Below, piece after piece: positions 1-7,364 of a DNA stretch of 35,272 nucleotides. This DNA is from an uncultured Ruminococcus sp. GTDB lineage: Bacteria > Bacillota > Clostridia > Oscillospirales > CAG-382. The stretch is from NCBI GenBank assembly GCA_964402515.1, contig CAYOCM010000004.1, positions 1 to 35,272 on the forward strand, given 5' to 3'. The first letter of the stretch is position 1. Each line of letters starts with the position of its first letter. The notes under the pieces are model-generated. The model had not been told where the DNA came from. It saw only the letters and a list, made by a program, of their open reading frames with translations, and ran no database searches. The translations under genes and the position numbers were made by a program.

Positions 1-23
1 TGGCGGCATAAAACATTATATAC

Positions 24-49
24 AAAAAGCCGACCGCGGTCGGCTTTTT
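24..49. terminator. Perfect 26-bp palindrome, likely bidirectional intrinsic terminator
   Basis: AAAAAGCCGACC-GC-GGTCGGCTTTTT, with an A-tract and a T-tract flanking a GC-rich stem. Confidence 0.75.
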
Positions 50-88
50 TGCTTGCATAAAATAATGTGTGATGTCATATATTTACTG

Positions 89-117
89 TTGATTTTTTGC
101 TCTGTTCGGTTTAAAAT
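89..117 (+). promoter_or_regulatory. SigmaA-type promoter for the 1046-aa gene
   Basis: TTGATT (89-94), 17 nt spacer, TAAAAT (112-117); ATG at 159. Confidence 0.55.
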
Positions 118-158
118 ATATTTGCAGTCAGCGAATACAGTAAAAGAAAGATAAAAAT

Positions 159-3100
159 ATGATATTTAATTTCAAAAAAACGGTTGCTTTATTTACCGCG
201 CTTGTTTTTGTGTTAATTTCGCTTGCGTCGTGCGGCGATATTTTGGGCCAAAACAGCGATGCATCGTCAAACTCCGACGCTTCAAATAAGTCCGAATATT
301 CGGAAATATCATCTGATACATCATCGGATACATCGTCCGAAACAACGCCCTCCGACGAAGCATCGCAAACACCGGTTATCAAGTCGGCAAATCATAATAT
401 AGTCGCGCTCGGCGATTCTATAACCGCCGGCTACGGCCTTGACGATCCCGATACGCAAAAATATACCTCGCTTTGGGCAGATAAACTGTCAAAAGAATAC
501 GATGGTGTCAATATTTACAATTACGCCGTCAGCGGACACACAACCGATGATATGCTGTCGCTTTTGCGCGCGGGCACCGCCGAGACGCTTGCGGATGCCG
601 ACACGGTGATAATCTGCATAGGAGCAAACAATGTGCTTGTCCCCATAGGCGGTGTTGTATTCGGCGTTCTCGAACAGTGCAGGCAAAACATCTTTGAGAT
701 AGCCGCAAAACTTTTAAAAGGTCAGGACCCGTCTTCGGAACGCGTGGCAGTTAGCACCGCTTTGCAATCTCTGGCATATGAGCTTTCAAACGGCGAAACC
801 GCGCAAAAAGTCGACGACGGCGTCGAAAAATTTAAAAACGATCTGCCGCTCATCATTGCCGAAATCAGGCGAGTGAATCCCGGCTGCGATATATATTTCG
901 GCAATATCTATAATCCCTATGCTCATTTTGATATAGGTGCACTCGTCGGTTCCGATTTTGATATGCCTGCATATTCCGACACTGTGGTGCAAAAACTTAA
1001 CGAGGTCATCGATTCTTTTGCTAAAACGCTTGAATATACCGTGGTAGATATACATTCGGTCTTTGCATCAACCGACGATATCAATGTAAATGCCGTATGC
1101 GACCTTTCACATGGACTGTTTAATTATGACCCGCATCCAAATGCGGCGGGGCACAAGGTCATTGCCGATGTCTATTATCAAATATATAACGATCTGCTTT
1201 CGACAGAGGCGCTTTGCGCAAACAATTCTGCCGTACATATGCTCAGCGAGGCGATAAACATGCAAAATCTTGCTTTTAAAAAGGCATATACAATAGAGAC
1301 GGGCGAGCCCGTCTCTTGCTCTTACGGCAATTATGAACCGAATTTTTACAACAATGACATCGGTCAGCTTACCGACGGAAATATCGCAAGAATGTCTTCA
1401 AACGACAGCGCTTGGCTGCGCTCAATGCGCGGCGGCAGCCGCATAGTCACAATAGACCTCGGCGATCAATATGCGGTCGGCGGTTTTGAAGCGTCGTTTT
1501 TGCAGTCAAAAGCCGAGGCGTTTTATGCTCCGAGAAATGTCAAAGTCATGCTATCGTCCGACGGCAAAAACTATATGACCGTTTGCGACATGGCTCAAAA
1601 CGACCTCAGCACCGATATTAAGTCGCGCGTTACACGCGGCGAAAATTTTGACAAATCGTATGAGGCAAGATATGTTAAGATAGAATATACCGTTGATATC
1701 TTTGCGGCGTGTGACGAGATAAAAATATACGGTTCGGTTGGCGGCGAGAGGGTGCGTATAACGCCCGACGGCAAAAAATCAAAAGTCGAAATGAGCACCG
1801 ATATATGCGGCGCAAGCAGTTTTATCAAACTTTATAACGGTTATTATCCCGACGATCAGTCTATAGCCGACATCACATGCGAAAAATTGCTGCCGTATAT
1901 CGCTTATATAGACGGCGAGGGCAATATTGCCGATACTATGTTTGACGGTGCTGTTTTCGTGCCGTGCCATACCGATTATCCGTCAGGCGGCAGACTGACC
2001 AAAACAAACGGCAAACCCGGCGCTGTTATGTCCGATTGGCTGCTCTACCTTAAAAATACTTTTGACAGCACCAAAAATCTTGCCGCGCTTGACAGTACGG
2101 TGGGTGAGGTATATAAAACCTTGGGCATGAACAACAAAAAAATGCCGGTCTTGCTTACCATGCCTTATCCTACGGTCATTGACGGCGAGTTCGGCGATAT
2201 AAACGGTGACGGAAAACCCGAATATTGCCGCACACTTGACGAAAGACTGGCGGTTATAAAATGGTTTGCCGACCTTTGCCTGCAGAAATTTGACGAAGCG
2301 CAGTATAAAAATATAGAATTTGTCGGATTTTATTGGTACAGAGAAGAAATCAACTATTCCGATTCCGACCACGAAGACAAACTGTGCATTCTCGCAAACG
2401 AATACTTTCATTCAAAAGGACTCAAAAGCCTGTTTGACCCGTTTTATCTTTCTACCGGCTACGACCATTACCGCGCACTCGGTTTTGATGCTTGCGTGAT
2501 GCAACCCAATTATGCCGAGATATCATCCGATCGCGCTTATTTTAAGTCCGGAATGCTTGACGAATTTGCCGAAACGGTCAACGGTGCGGGTTGCGGTGTT
2601 GAAATAGAAACGCTTTCGCCTTATGCCTATACCGATGGCGGAGATTATATAAACGCATCGCGAAATTACCTTGAATATCTGTATACGGGCATCGACAGCG
2701 GATATAATAATAACCTTAAAACATGGTATCAGGGCGCGGGCCCGGGCAGCATATACAGCTTTTGCTATGCGGATGTTTCTTCATCGCGCGGCAAATTGCT
2801 TAGGTCGCTTTATGATGCGACATATGCTTTTATCAAAGGCACACTCACGCGTGAAACTTTGACTATTAGCGGCGACACCGAGGTTTCGGGCGGATCCGGC
2901 ACTCGCATCAAAGGCAGTTTTGCCGTCACGGGCGGCTATGCCGACTTGATGCAGTATGCCGTTTCGTTAAAGCCGTCACACGGCAATGCCGACGTCTATT
3001 CCGGCGGGTACAAATATGTTGCCGACAGTGATTTTGAGGGAGTCGATATTTTTGAAATAACTGCTTTTGACGGCATAAGCGCACCCTCAACGCTGAAAAT

Positions 3101-3299
3101 CAGTGTCACCGTCATAAAAAATACGCAGGATAGCTCGAGCGTTTCCGACAGTGATATCGCCGACGCAGACAGCGCAGACAACACAAAAGGCACAGATGCG
3201 AGAGGTATAATCAAAAACGGTTATGTTCTGCCTCTCATGCTTGCTGCCGCACTCTGCGCGGCAGTTGTAATTATTAAAAAACATAAAAACAAAAAGTGA
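159..3299 (+). CDS. Multidomain surface protein: lipoprotein signal, Ser-rich linker, SGNH/GDSL hydrolase, discoidin (F5/8-like) domain, DUF4855-like domain, Ig/cadherin-like domain, C-terminal TM anchor
   Basis: Lipobox LASC (Cys25). SGNH blocks GDSITAG, AVSG, IGANN, DPHPN. Discoidin-like QLTDG..VTIDLG..ARYVKI..DEIKIYG. DUF4855-like PYIAYID..DTMFDG..GFYWYREE..MQPNY..GVEIE. Ends in a hydrophobic helix plus KKHKNKK. Confidence 0.8.
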   Translation: MIFNFKKTVALFTALVFVLISLASCGDILGQNSDASSNSDASNKSEYSEISSDTSSDTSSETTPSDEASQTPVIKSANHNIVALGDSITAGYGLDDPDTQKYTSLWADKLSKEYDGVNIYNYAVSGHTTDDMLSLLRAGTAETLADADTVIICIGANNVLVPIGGVVFGVLEQCRQNIFEIAAKLLKGQDPSSERVAVSTALQSLAYELSNGETAQKVDDGVEKFKNDLPLIIAEIRRVNPGCDIYFGNIYNPYAHFDIGALVGSDFDMPAYSDTVVQKLNEVIDSFAKTLEYTVVDIHSVFASTDDINVNAVCDLSHGLFNYDPHPNAAGHKVIADVYYQIYNDLLSTEALCANNSAVHMLSEAINMQNLAFKKAYTIETGEPVSCSYGNYEPNFYNNDIGQLTDGNIARMSSNDSAWLRSMRGGSRIVTIDLGDQYAVGGFEASFLQSKAEAFYAPRNVKVMLSSDGKNYMTVCDMAQNDLSTDIKSRVTRGENFDKSYEARYVKIEYTVDIFAACDEIKIYGSVGGERVRITPDGKKSKVEMSTDICGASSFIKLYNGYYPDDQSIADITCEKLLPYIAYIDGEGNIADTMFDGAVFVPCHTDYPSGGRLTKTNGKPGAVMSDWLLYLKNTFDSTKNLAALDSTVGEVYKTLGMNNKKMPVLLTMPYPTVIDGEFGDINGDGKPEYCRTLDERLAVIKWFADLCLQKFDEAQYKNIEFVGFYWYREEINYSDSDHEDKLCILANEYFHSKGLKSLFDPFYLSTGYDHYRALGFDACVMQPNYAEISSDRAYFKSGMLDEFAETVNGAGCGVEIETLSPYAYTDGGDYINASRNYLEYLYTGIDSGYNNNLKTWYQGAGPGSIYSFCYADVSSSRGKLLRSLYDATYAFIKGTLTRETLTISGDTEVSGGSGTRIKGSFAVTGGYADLMQYAVSLKPSHGNADVYSGGYKYVADSDFEGVDIFEITAFDGISAPSTLKISVTVIKNTQDSSSVSDSDIADADSADNTKGTDARGIIKNGYVLPLMLAAALCAAVVIIKKHKNKK
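309..344 (+). repeat. Three degenerate 12-bp tandem repeats (SSDT-SSDT-SSET) in the linker
   Basis: tcatctgataca/tcatcggataca/tcgtccgaaaca. Confidence 0.7.
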
Positions 3300-3327
3300 T
3301 ATGCACGGTTTAATGCGGGCATATCAC
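3291..3327 (-). terminator. Hairpin between convergent genes, likely terminator of the XRE gene
   Basis: GTGATATGC (3296-3304) / GCATATCAC (3319-3327), followed by a T-tract on the minus strand. Confidence 0.55.
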
Positions 3328-3340
3328 ACGGTGCTTTATG

Positions 3341-3574
3341 TTATTTGCGGTTGCCGCGATATCCGCGGGGAATGTCAAGCAGATAATCGGCAGAAACGTT
3401 AAAATAGTTGCAAAACAGTGAGATGTCCTCCAAACTCGGTTGACATCTGTTGCATTCGATATATGATATTTTGCGTTGCGTCATGCCTAGTGCGGCACCG
3501 AGTTGACGCTGATTCATGTCGGCGTCTTCACGCAGGTTTTTAATTTTTTCTCCAAACGTCAGTTTCATGTTCAT
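3341..3574 (-). CDS. XRE/Cro-CI family helix-turn-helix transcriptional regulator
   Basis: FGEKIKNLRE..MNQRQLGAALGMTQRKISYIE..PS..YFNVSADYLL; start taken at ATG 3574 (ATG 3568 also possible). Confidence 0.9.
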   Translation of the reverse strand: MNMKLTFGEKIKNLREDADMNQRQLGAALGMTQRKISYIECNRCQPSLEDISLFCNYFNVSADYLLDIPRGYRGNRK

Positions 3575-3594
3575 CACCGACAAATATTATAATA

Positions 3595-3636
3595 TAGACA
3601 TAAATTAACTATTGACTTTTAGATAAAAAATGTCTA
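3595..3636. promoter_or_regulatory. Pair of 17-bp operator-like sites, consensus TAGACA-N5-TGTCTA
   Basis: TAGACA-TAAAT-TAACTA (3595-3611) and TAGATA-AAAAA-TGTCTA (3620-3636), upstream of the XRE gene. Confidence 0.6.
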
Positions 3637-3640
3637 TAAT
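3612..3640 (+). promoter_or_regulatory. Near-consensus sigmaA promoter divergent from the XRE gene
   Basis: TTGACT (3612-3617), 17 nt spacer, TATAAT (3635-3640). Confidence 0.75.
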
Positions 3641-3811
3641 CGACAAATGAACTTATGCTGAGTAAATTATATTTCGTTTTGATCGCGCTGTTTTGGGTTA
3701 TTTTACAAATATAATCGCAATTTAACCGATGTTTATTATTTTGTCGATGATTTGTTATTATTTTTGTGAGATAATACATTTATATTTTGATGTTAAGGGG
3801 GGCAAGTTGGA

Positions 3812-4372
3812 ATGACTGTTACTGATCAGAGCGCAGGCCTTCAAGATGTACCTGTCGGCATGTATACCGAGTCGACGACTTTAAATGTTATGCCCGGCGA
3901 TATTCAGGCGGTTATGCAACATATGCATACCTTTGGCTATGTTTGCGCCGATGATAACGGCATGTTTCGCGCATCAAAAAAATCAAGATACAGATTTGCC
4001 CGCTTAAAGTTTACGCGAGACATACGCGTTTTAAATTATGACAAACTGTGCGACCTGTCGTCGCAGTATATCGCTTTGCTCTGCAAGCGCAATTCTTATA
4101 TCACAGAGCGCACGGTGGGCAGCAGCCCGTTTATCGCGGGCTGTACCGTCACATCTTCCGCTTTTATTGCGATTCTTTCGTCACAGATATTTGAGGCGTC
4201 ACAACCTTATGCCGAACTGCTTTTGTTTGTTGCCACATGCCTGCTGCTTGTCGGAACGCTTGCTTGCATAAAATCAATAGTGAGCATAACTTATGTTTTA
4301 TACGGCAAATTTAAAGCACACAAGTGTTTAAAACAGATGCGTGCATTGGCAGATAACGCTTTGACAAAATAA
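3812..4372 (+). CDS. Hypothetical membrane protein (soluble N-terminus, two C-terminal TM helices)
   Basis: 186-aa ORF, AAGGGGGG RBS-like sequence upstream, two hydrophobic segments, terminator directly after the stop. Confidence 0.7.
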   Translation: MTVTDQSAGLQDVPVGMYTESTTLNVMPGDIQAVMQHMHTFGYVCADDNGMFRASKKSRYRFARLKFTRDIRVLNYDKLCDLSSQYIALLCKRNSYITERTVGSSPFIAGCTVTSSAFIAILSSQIFEASQPYAELLLFVATCLLLVGTLACIKSIVSITYVLYGKFKAHKCLKQMRALADNALTK

Positions 4373-4403
4373 AGTTCCCGTCATTTACCGATCGGGAACT
4401 TTT
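4371..4403. terminator. Bidirectional terminator between the 3812 gene and mazF
   Basis: AAAGTTCCCG ... CGGGAACTTT inverted repeat with flanking A/T tracts. Confidence 0.7.
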
Positions 4404-4408
4404 TGTTT

Positions 4409-4783
4409 TTACAGTCCTAAACTGATTTGAATAGCGTTGTTTACCTGCGTCATTGTATCGTCATCGAGTCTGCCCATTCTTTCTATCAGGCGACGCTTGT
4501 CAAGCGTGCGAACCTGCTCAAGCAGTATCACCGAGTTTTTTTGCAGTCCGCACGAGGTAAGATTTCCGCTTGTGCCGACATCGGTCACCTCAATATGGGT
4601 GGGTAATTTTGTTTTATCGGTGCGGCTGGTTATTGCGGCTGCTATAACCGTGGGGCTGTATCTGTTGCCTATGTTGTTTTGCACTATCAAAACCGGCCTT
4701 ACGCCGCCTTGTTCGGAGCCTACAACCGGTGAAAGATCGGCGTAATAGATGTCTCCGCGTTTTATATCATTGTTTTCGTTCAT
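4409..4783 (-). CDS. mazF: MazF/PemK family endoribonuclease toxin (NdoA/EndoA-like)
   Basis: [68 protein letters not shown]; strong AAAGGAGG RBS. Confidence 0.95.
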   Translation of the reverse strand: MNENNDIKRGDIYYADLSPVVGSEQGGVRPVLIVQNNIGNRYSPTVIAAAITSRTDKTKLPTHIEVTDVGTSGNLTSCGLQKNSVILLEQVRTLDKRRLIERMGRLDDDTMTQVNNAIQISLGL

Positions 4784-4788
4784 AGTTA

Positions 4789-4827
4789 AAAGCCTCCTTT
4801 GTACCTATTGTGGACAAACGAGGCTTT
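4789..4827 (-). promoter_or_regulatory. Hairpin sequestering the mazF Shine-Dalgarno (may also terminate upstream transcription)
   Basis: Minus strand AAAGCCTC-G-TTTGT-CC-ACAATA-GG-T-ACAAA-G-GAGGCTTT; the 3' arm contains the SD. Confidence 0.7.
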
Positions 4828-4835
4828 GCTTATTC
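4806..4835 (-). promoter_or_regulatory. SigG-like (forespore) promoter upstream of mazF
   Basis: GAATA (4835-4831), 18 nt spacer, CACAATA (4812-4806); fits the B. subtilis SigG consensus GnATA-N17/18-CAtnnTA. Confidence 0.5.
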
Positions 4836-4841
4836 TGTTTT

Positions 4842-5846
4842 TTATTTTATTGCGATATTACTTTTGCACGGCATGACATCGTCAATGCTTATGTCGGCAA
4901 AAAGCATACCTTTGCGCACCGTTATCTGATATATATCGTTCATACCGTTACCGCCTTTAAAAACAATGCGGTGATACACGGCGTCGGAAAACTGCAACGC
5001 AAGCGCATATTCTTTTGCTTTGGCAAAAAATTCGTCTTTTGTCATAATGCCGCCAAGCCTGACCGTGAATTCCATCAGTTCGCCGTGCGTGTCAAGTGCG
5101 CTCGGATCTATCTTGTCGGGCGAAAAGCCTATTATGCGCGCGCCTTCAACACTGAAATCTCCGTCATCGAATAATTCTCGTATAGCGGACGTAAGTTGCA
5201 ATGATACGGGCACGGTCAGTATACGCTCGGCACGCACTTTATAATCGTCGTATATCACGCCGCCCATTATATATGCCGAACGTTTTACCGTCGGCGATGC
5301 GTGATAGCAGATATCTATCTTATACAGTCCCGATACGTGATCGTAATAGCAAGATTTATGCGTTACCGTGTCGGCATAAGTATTATTAAAATATTCGGTC
5401 AAAAGTTTGCTGCTTTTTGCATTGTTGATTGCCGAGCCGCAAAACAGTATATTTATAAACAGCATAGCGCATATTATCAGTATCGCAACGGCCTTTAATA
5501 TCGTTTTTTTGTCGCATATCAATTTTTTTGCAGCTATCGCCGCCGTACAAAATACAAGCGATAATATAGCCATATAACCCGAGTGCAGTGTGTTGCCGGT
5601 TATAACTGTCGCAAACGCAAAAGTCATCAGCGGCAACATAAGCAATTTTGATATCGTGTCGGTGGGTATAAACGCGCATATCGCCGCACATATCGCAAGC
5701 AGCGGCAACGACGCGGCGACGCTTGTGCCGGGCAGTGCAAAATAAGCGGCCGCGGAAGATATTGCACCGCATATCAATATGCCGGTCGATGCAGATAGTT
5801 TTTGCTTTGTCGATGTGTTGTTTTTATAGTTCATTTCAGCTTTCAC
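4842..5846 (-). CDS. Hypothetical membrane protein (about 5 N-terminal TM helices plus a soluble C-terminal domain, loosely YfjL-like)
   Basis: 334-aa ORF; GTG start overlaps the upstream TGA (GTGA at 5846-5843); hydrophobic first ~140 aa. Confidence 0.7.
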   Translation of the reverse strand: MKAEMNYKNNTSTKQKLSASTGILICGAISSAAAYFALPGTSVAASLPLLAICAAICAFIPTDTISKLLMLPLMTFAFATVITGNTLHSGYMAILSLVFCTAAIAAKKLICDKKTILKAVAILIICAMLFINILFCGSAINNAKSSKLLTEYFNNTYADTVTHKSCYYDHVSGLYKIDICYHASPTVKRSAYIMGGVIYDDYKVRAERILTVPVSLQLTSAIRELFDDGDFSVEGARIIGFSPDKIDPSALDTHGELMEFTVRLGGIMTKDEFFAKAKEYALALQFSDAVYHRIVFKGGNGMNDIYQITVRKGMLFADISIDDVMPCKSNIAIK

Positions 5847-6160
5847 CTGTTATATGGATTTGTAAGCTTGATAAGCAGATCGGTGTCGTCGTCGGCTTGA
5901 GATCGGTTGTTGCGCGTAGCACCGCAAACAACGCATTTGTGCGTGATGACAAAACCTTTGCGCGCATCGGTGCGCACTTCAAACGGCTTCATTGTTCCGC
6001 CGCATTCGCAGGCGCGGTCGCCGGGGTTGATGTCTACATGCTTTGAATAAAGGCAATATGGGCAATGGTTGCGTGACGAATACCCCAGCGGCGACACTTG
6101 TCTGCCGCAGTTTTCACATATAAATCCGCTGTCGTTTTGAGTAAATCGCTTGGTTTGCAA
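5843..6160 (-). CDS. RNHCP domain-containing protein (Cys/His-rich, probable zinc binder)
   Basis: FICENCG..SRNHCPYCLYSKHVD..PGDRACECGGTM..HKCVVCG; start moved to TTG 6160 behind a GGAG(TG) RBS. Confidence 0.88.
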   Translation of the reverse strand: MQTKRFTQNDSGFICENCGRQVSPLGYSSRNHCPYCLYSKHVDINPGDRACECGGTMKPFEVRTDARKGFVITHKCVVCGATRNNRSQADDDTDLLIKLTNPYNR

Positions 6161-6201
6161 TGTTATCACTCCGCTTAAATAATGTTTTTGCAAAAAAAGT
6201 C

Positions 6202-6230
6202 TTCACATTTTAGGCTTTGTGTAGTATAAT
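6202..6230 (+). promoter_or_regulatory. SigmaA-type promoter for DUF1385-prmC
   Basis: TTCACA (6202-6207), 17 nt spacer, TATAAT (6225-6230). Confidence 0.55.
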
Positions 6231-6258
6231 ACATAAAGTTAAAGGCTTTCTTAAACAT

Positions 6259-6287
6259 ATTATAATACAAATAATCTCAAAAATCAA
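6259..6287 (-). promoter_or_regulatory. SigmaA-type promoter for the RNHCP operon
   Basis: Minus strand TTGATT (6287-6282), 17 nt spacer, TATAAT (6264-6259). Confidence 0.55.
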
Positions 6288-6302
6288 CGAAAGGAATATA
6301 AA

Positions 6303-7364
6303 ATGCAAAAAAAAGCATCCGTGTGCCACGAACGTCTCGGCAAAGTCGGCGGCCAGGCAGTTATGGAGGGCGTAATGATGCGCTCTCAAAAAAAGACAGC
6401 GATAGCAGTCAGACGTACCGAAGACGGCAAGATAGTTGTCAGGCTTAAAGATACAAAAAGCATTAAAGATAAACATAAAATACTCAAATTGCCTATTATA
6501 CGCGGCATAGTCGGATTTGTCGAATCGCTTGTTTCGTCGTTCGGCACACTTACCGAATCGACCGAAATGCTCGGCCTTGACCTTGAAACCGATGAAAACA
6601 GCAGTAAGTTTGACAAATGGCTTACCGAAAAATTAGGTGACAAGGTTATGACCGTTGTCACGGGTATCGGCATGGTATTGGGTGTTGCGCTTGCATTGGT
6701 GCTGTTTATATGGTTGCCGGCATTTATCGCGGGATTTATTCCGTCTACCGCGCCCGAAGGGCAACTTGACTTGCTAAAATGTGTTGCCGACGGATTTATT
6801 AAAATCGCAATATTTATCGCTTATATCTATCTTACATCTTTAATTCCCGATATCAAGCGTGTGTATATGTATCACGGTTCGGAACATAAATCGATTGCCT
6901 GCTATGAGGCCGGCGACGAACTCACTGTTGAAAACGTCAAAAAACACACGAGGTTCCATCCCCGTTGCGGAACATCGTTTATGTTTGTTATACTTATCAT
7001 ATCGATAATCGTCAATTCGCTTATTCTTTGGGCGGTCGGTGCTTTGTTTCCGCTTGCGCCTATCAATGTAGCTTGGTTTAAAGCTCTTATCAAAATAATT
7101 GCATTGCCTATCGTTGTCGGCATAAGCTACGAATATATTATGTATGCAGGCAAGCACGACAATACTTTTACACATATTTTCTCTGCGCCCGGCCTTTGGA
7201 TGCAGCGCATAACCACGCGCGAGCCCGATGACGATATGATAGAGGTTGCCATTACGTCTATCAAAAGCGCTTTGCCCGAGGTTTTTACCGATTTTGACAT
7301 TCCGTTTGAGATCGACGAAGCGCAAAGCGAAATATCAGATCAAAGTGAGGAGACTGTATGCTGA
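6303..7364 (+). CDS. DUF1385 (YqhQ-like) membrane protein
   Basis: VGGQAVMEGVMMR, YHGSEHKSIACYE, RFHPRCGTSF, PGLWMQRITTREPDD; usual neighbour of prmC. Confidence 0.92.
   Translation: MQKKASVCHERLGKVGGQAVMEGVMMRSQKKTAIAVRRTEDGKIVVRLKDTKSIKDKHKILKLPIIRGIVGFVESLVSSFGTLTESTEMLGLDLETDENSSKFDKWLTEKLGDKVMTVVTGIGMVLGVALALVLFIWLPAFIAGFIPSTAPEGQLDLLKCVADGFIKIAIFIAYIYLTSLIPDIKRVYMYHGSEHKSIACYEAGDELTVENVKKHTRFHPRCGTSFMFVILIISIIVNSLILWAVGALFPLAPINVAWFKALIKIIALPIVVGISYEYIMYAGKHDNTFTHIFSAPGLWMQRITTREPDDDMIEVAITSIKSALPEVFTDFDIPFEIDEAQSEISDQSEETVC

Noticed and set aside
3341-3574. XRE protein as the cognate antitoxin of MazF
   Set aside because: It lies downstream of mazF, separated by a terminator and an opposite-strand gene, and has its own operator arrangement. 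MazF antitoxins are normally AbrB- or RHH-type and directly upstream. Action in trans cannot be excluded.
6210-6476. 88-aa minus-strand ORF between RNHCP and DUF1385
   Set aside because: It overlaps the DUF1385 start and the promoter region, and no family motif is recognisable.
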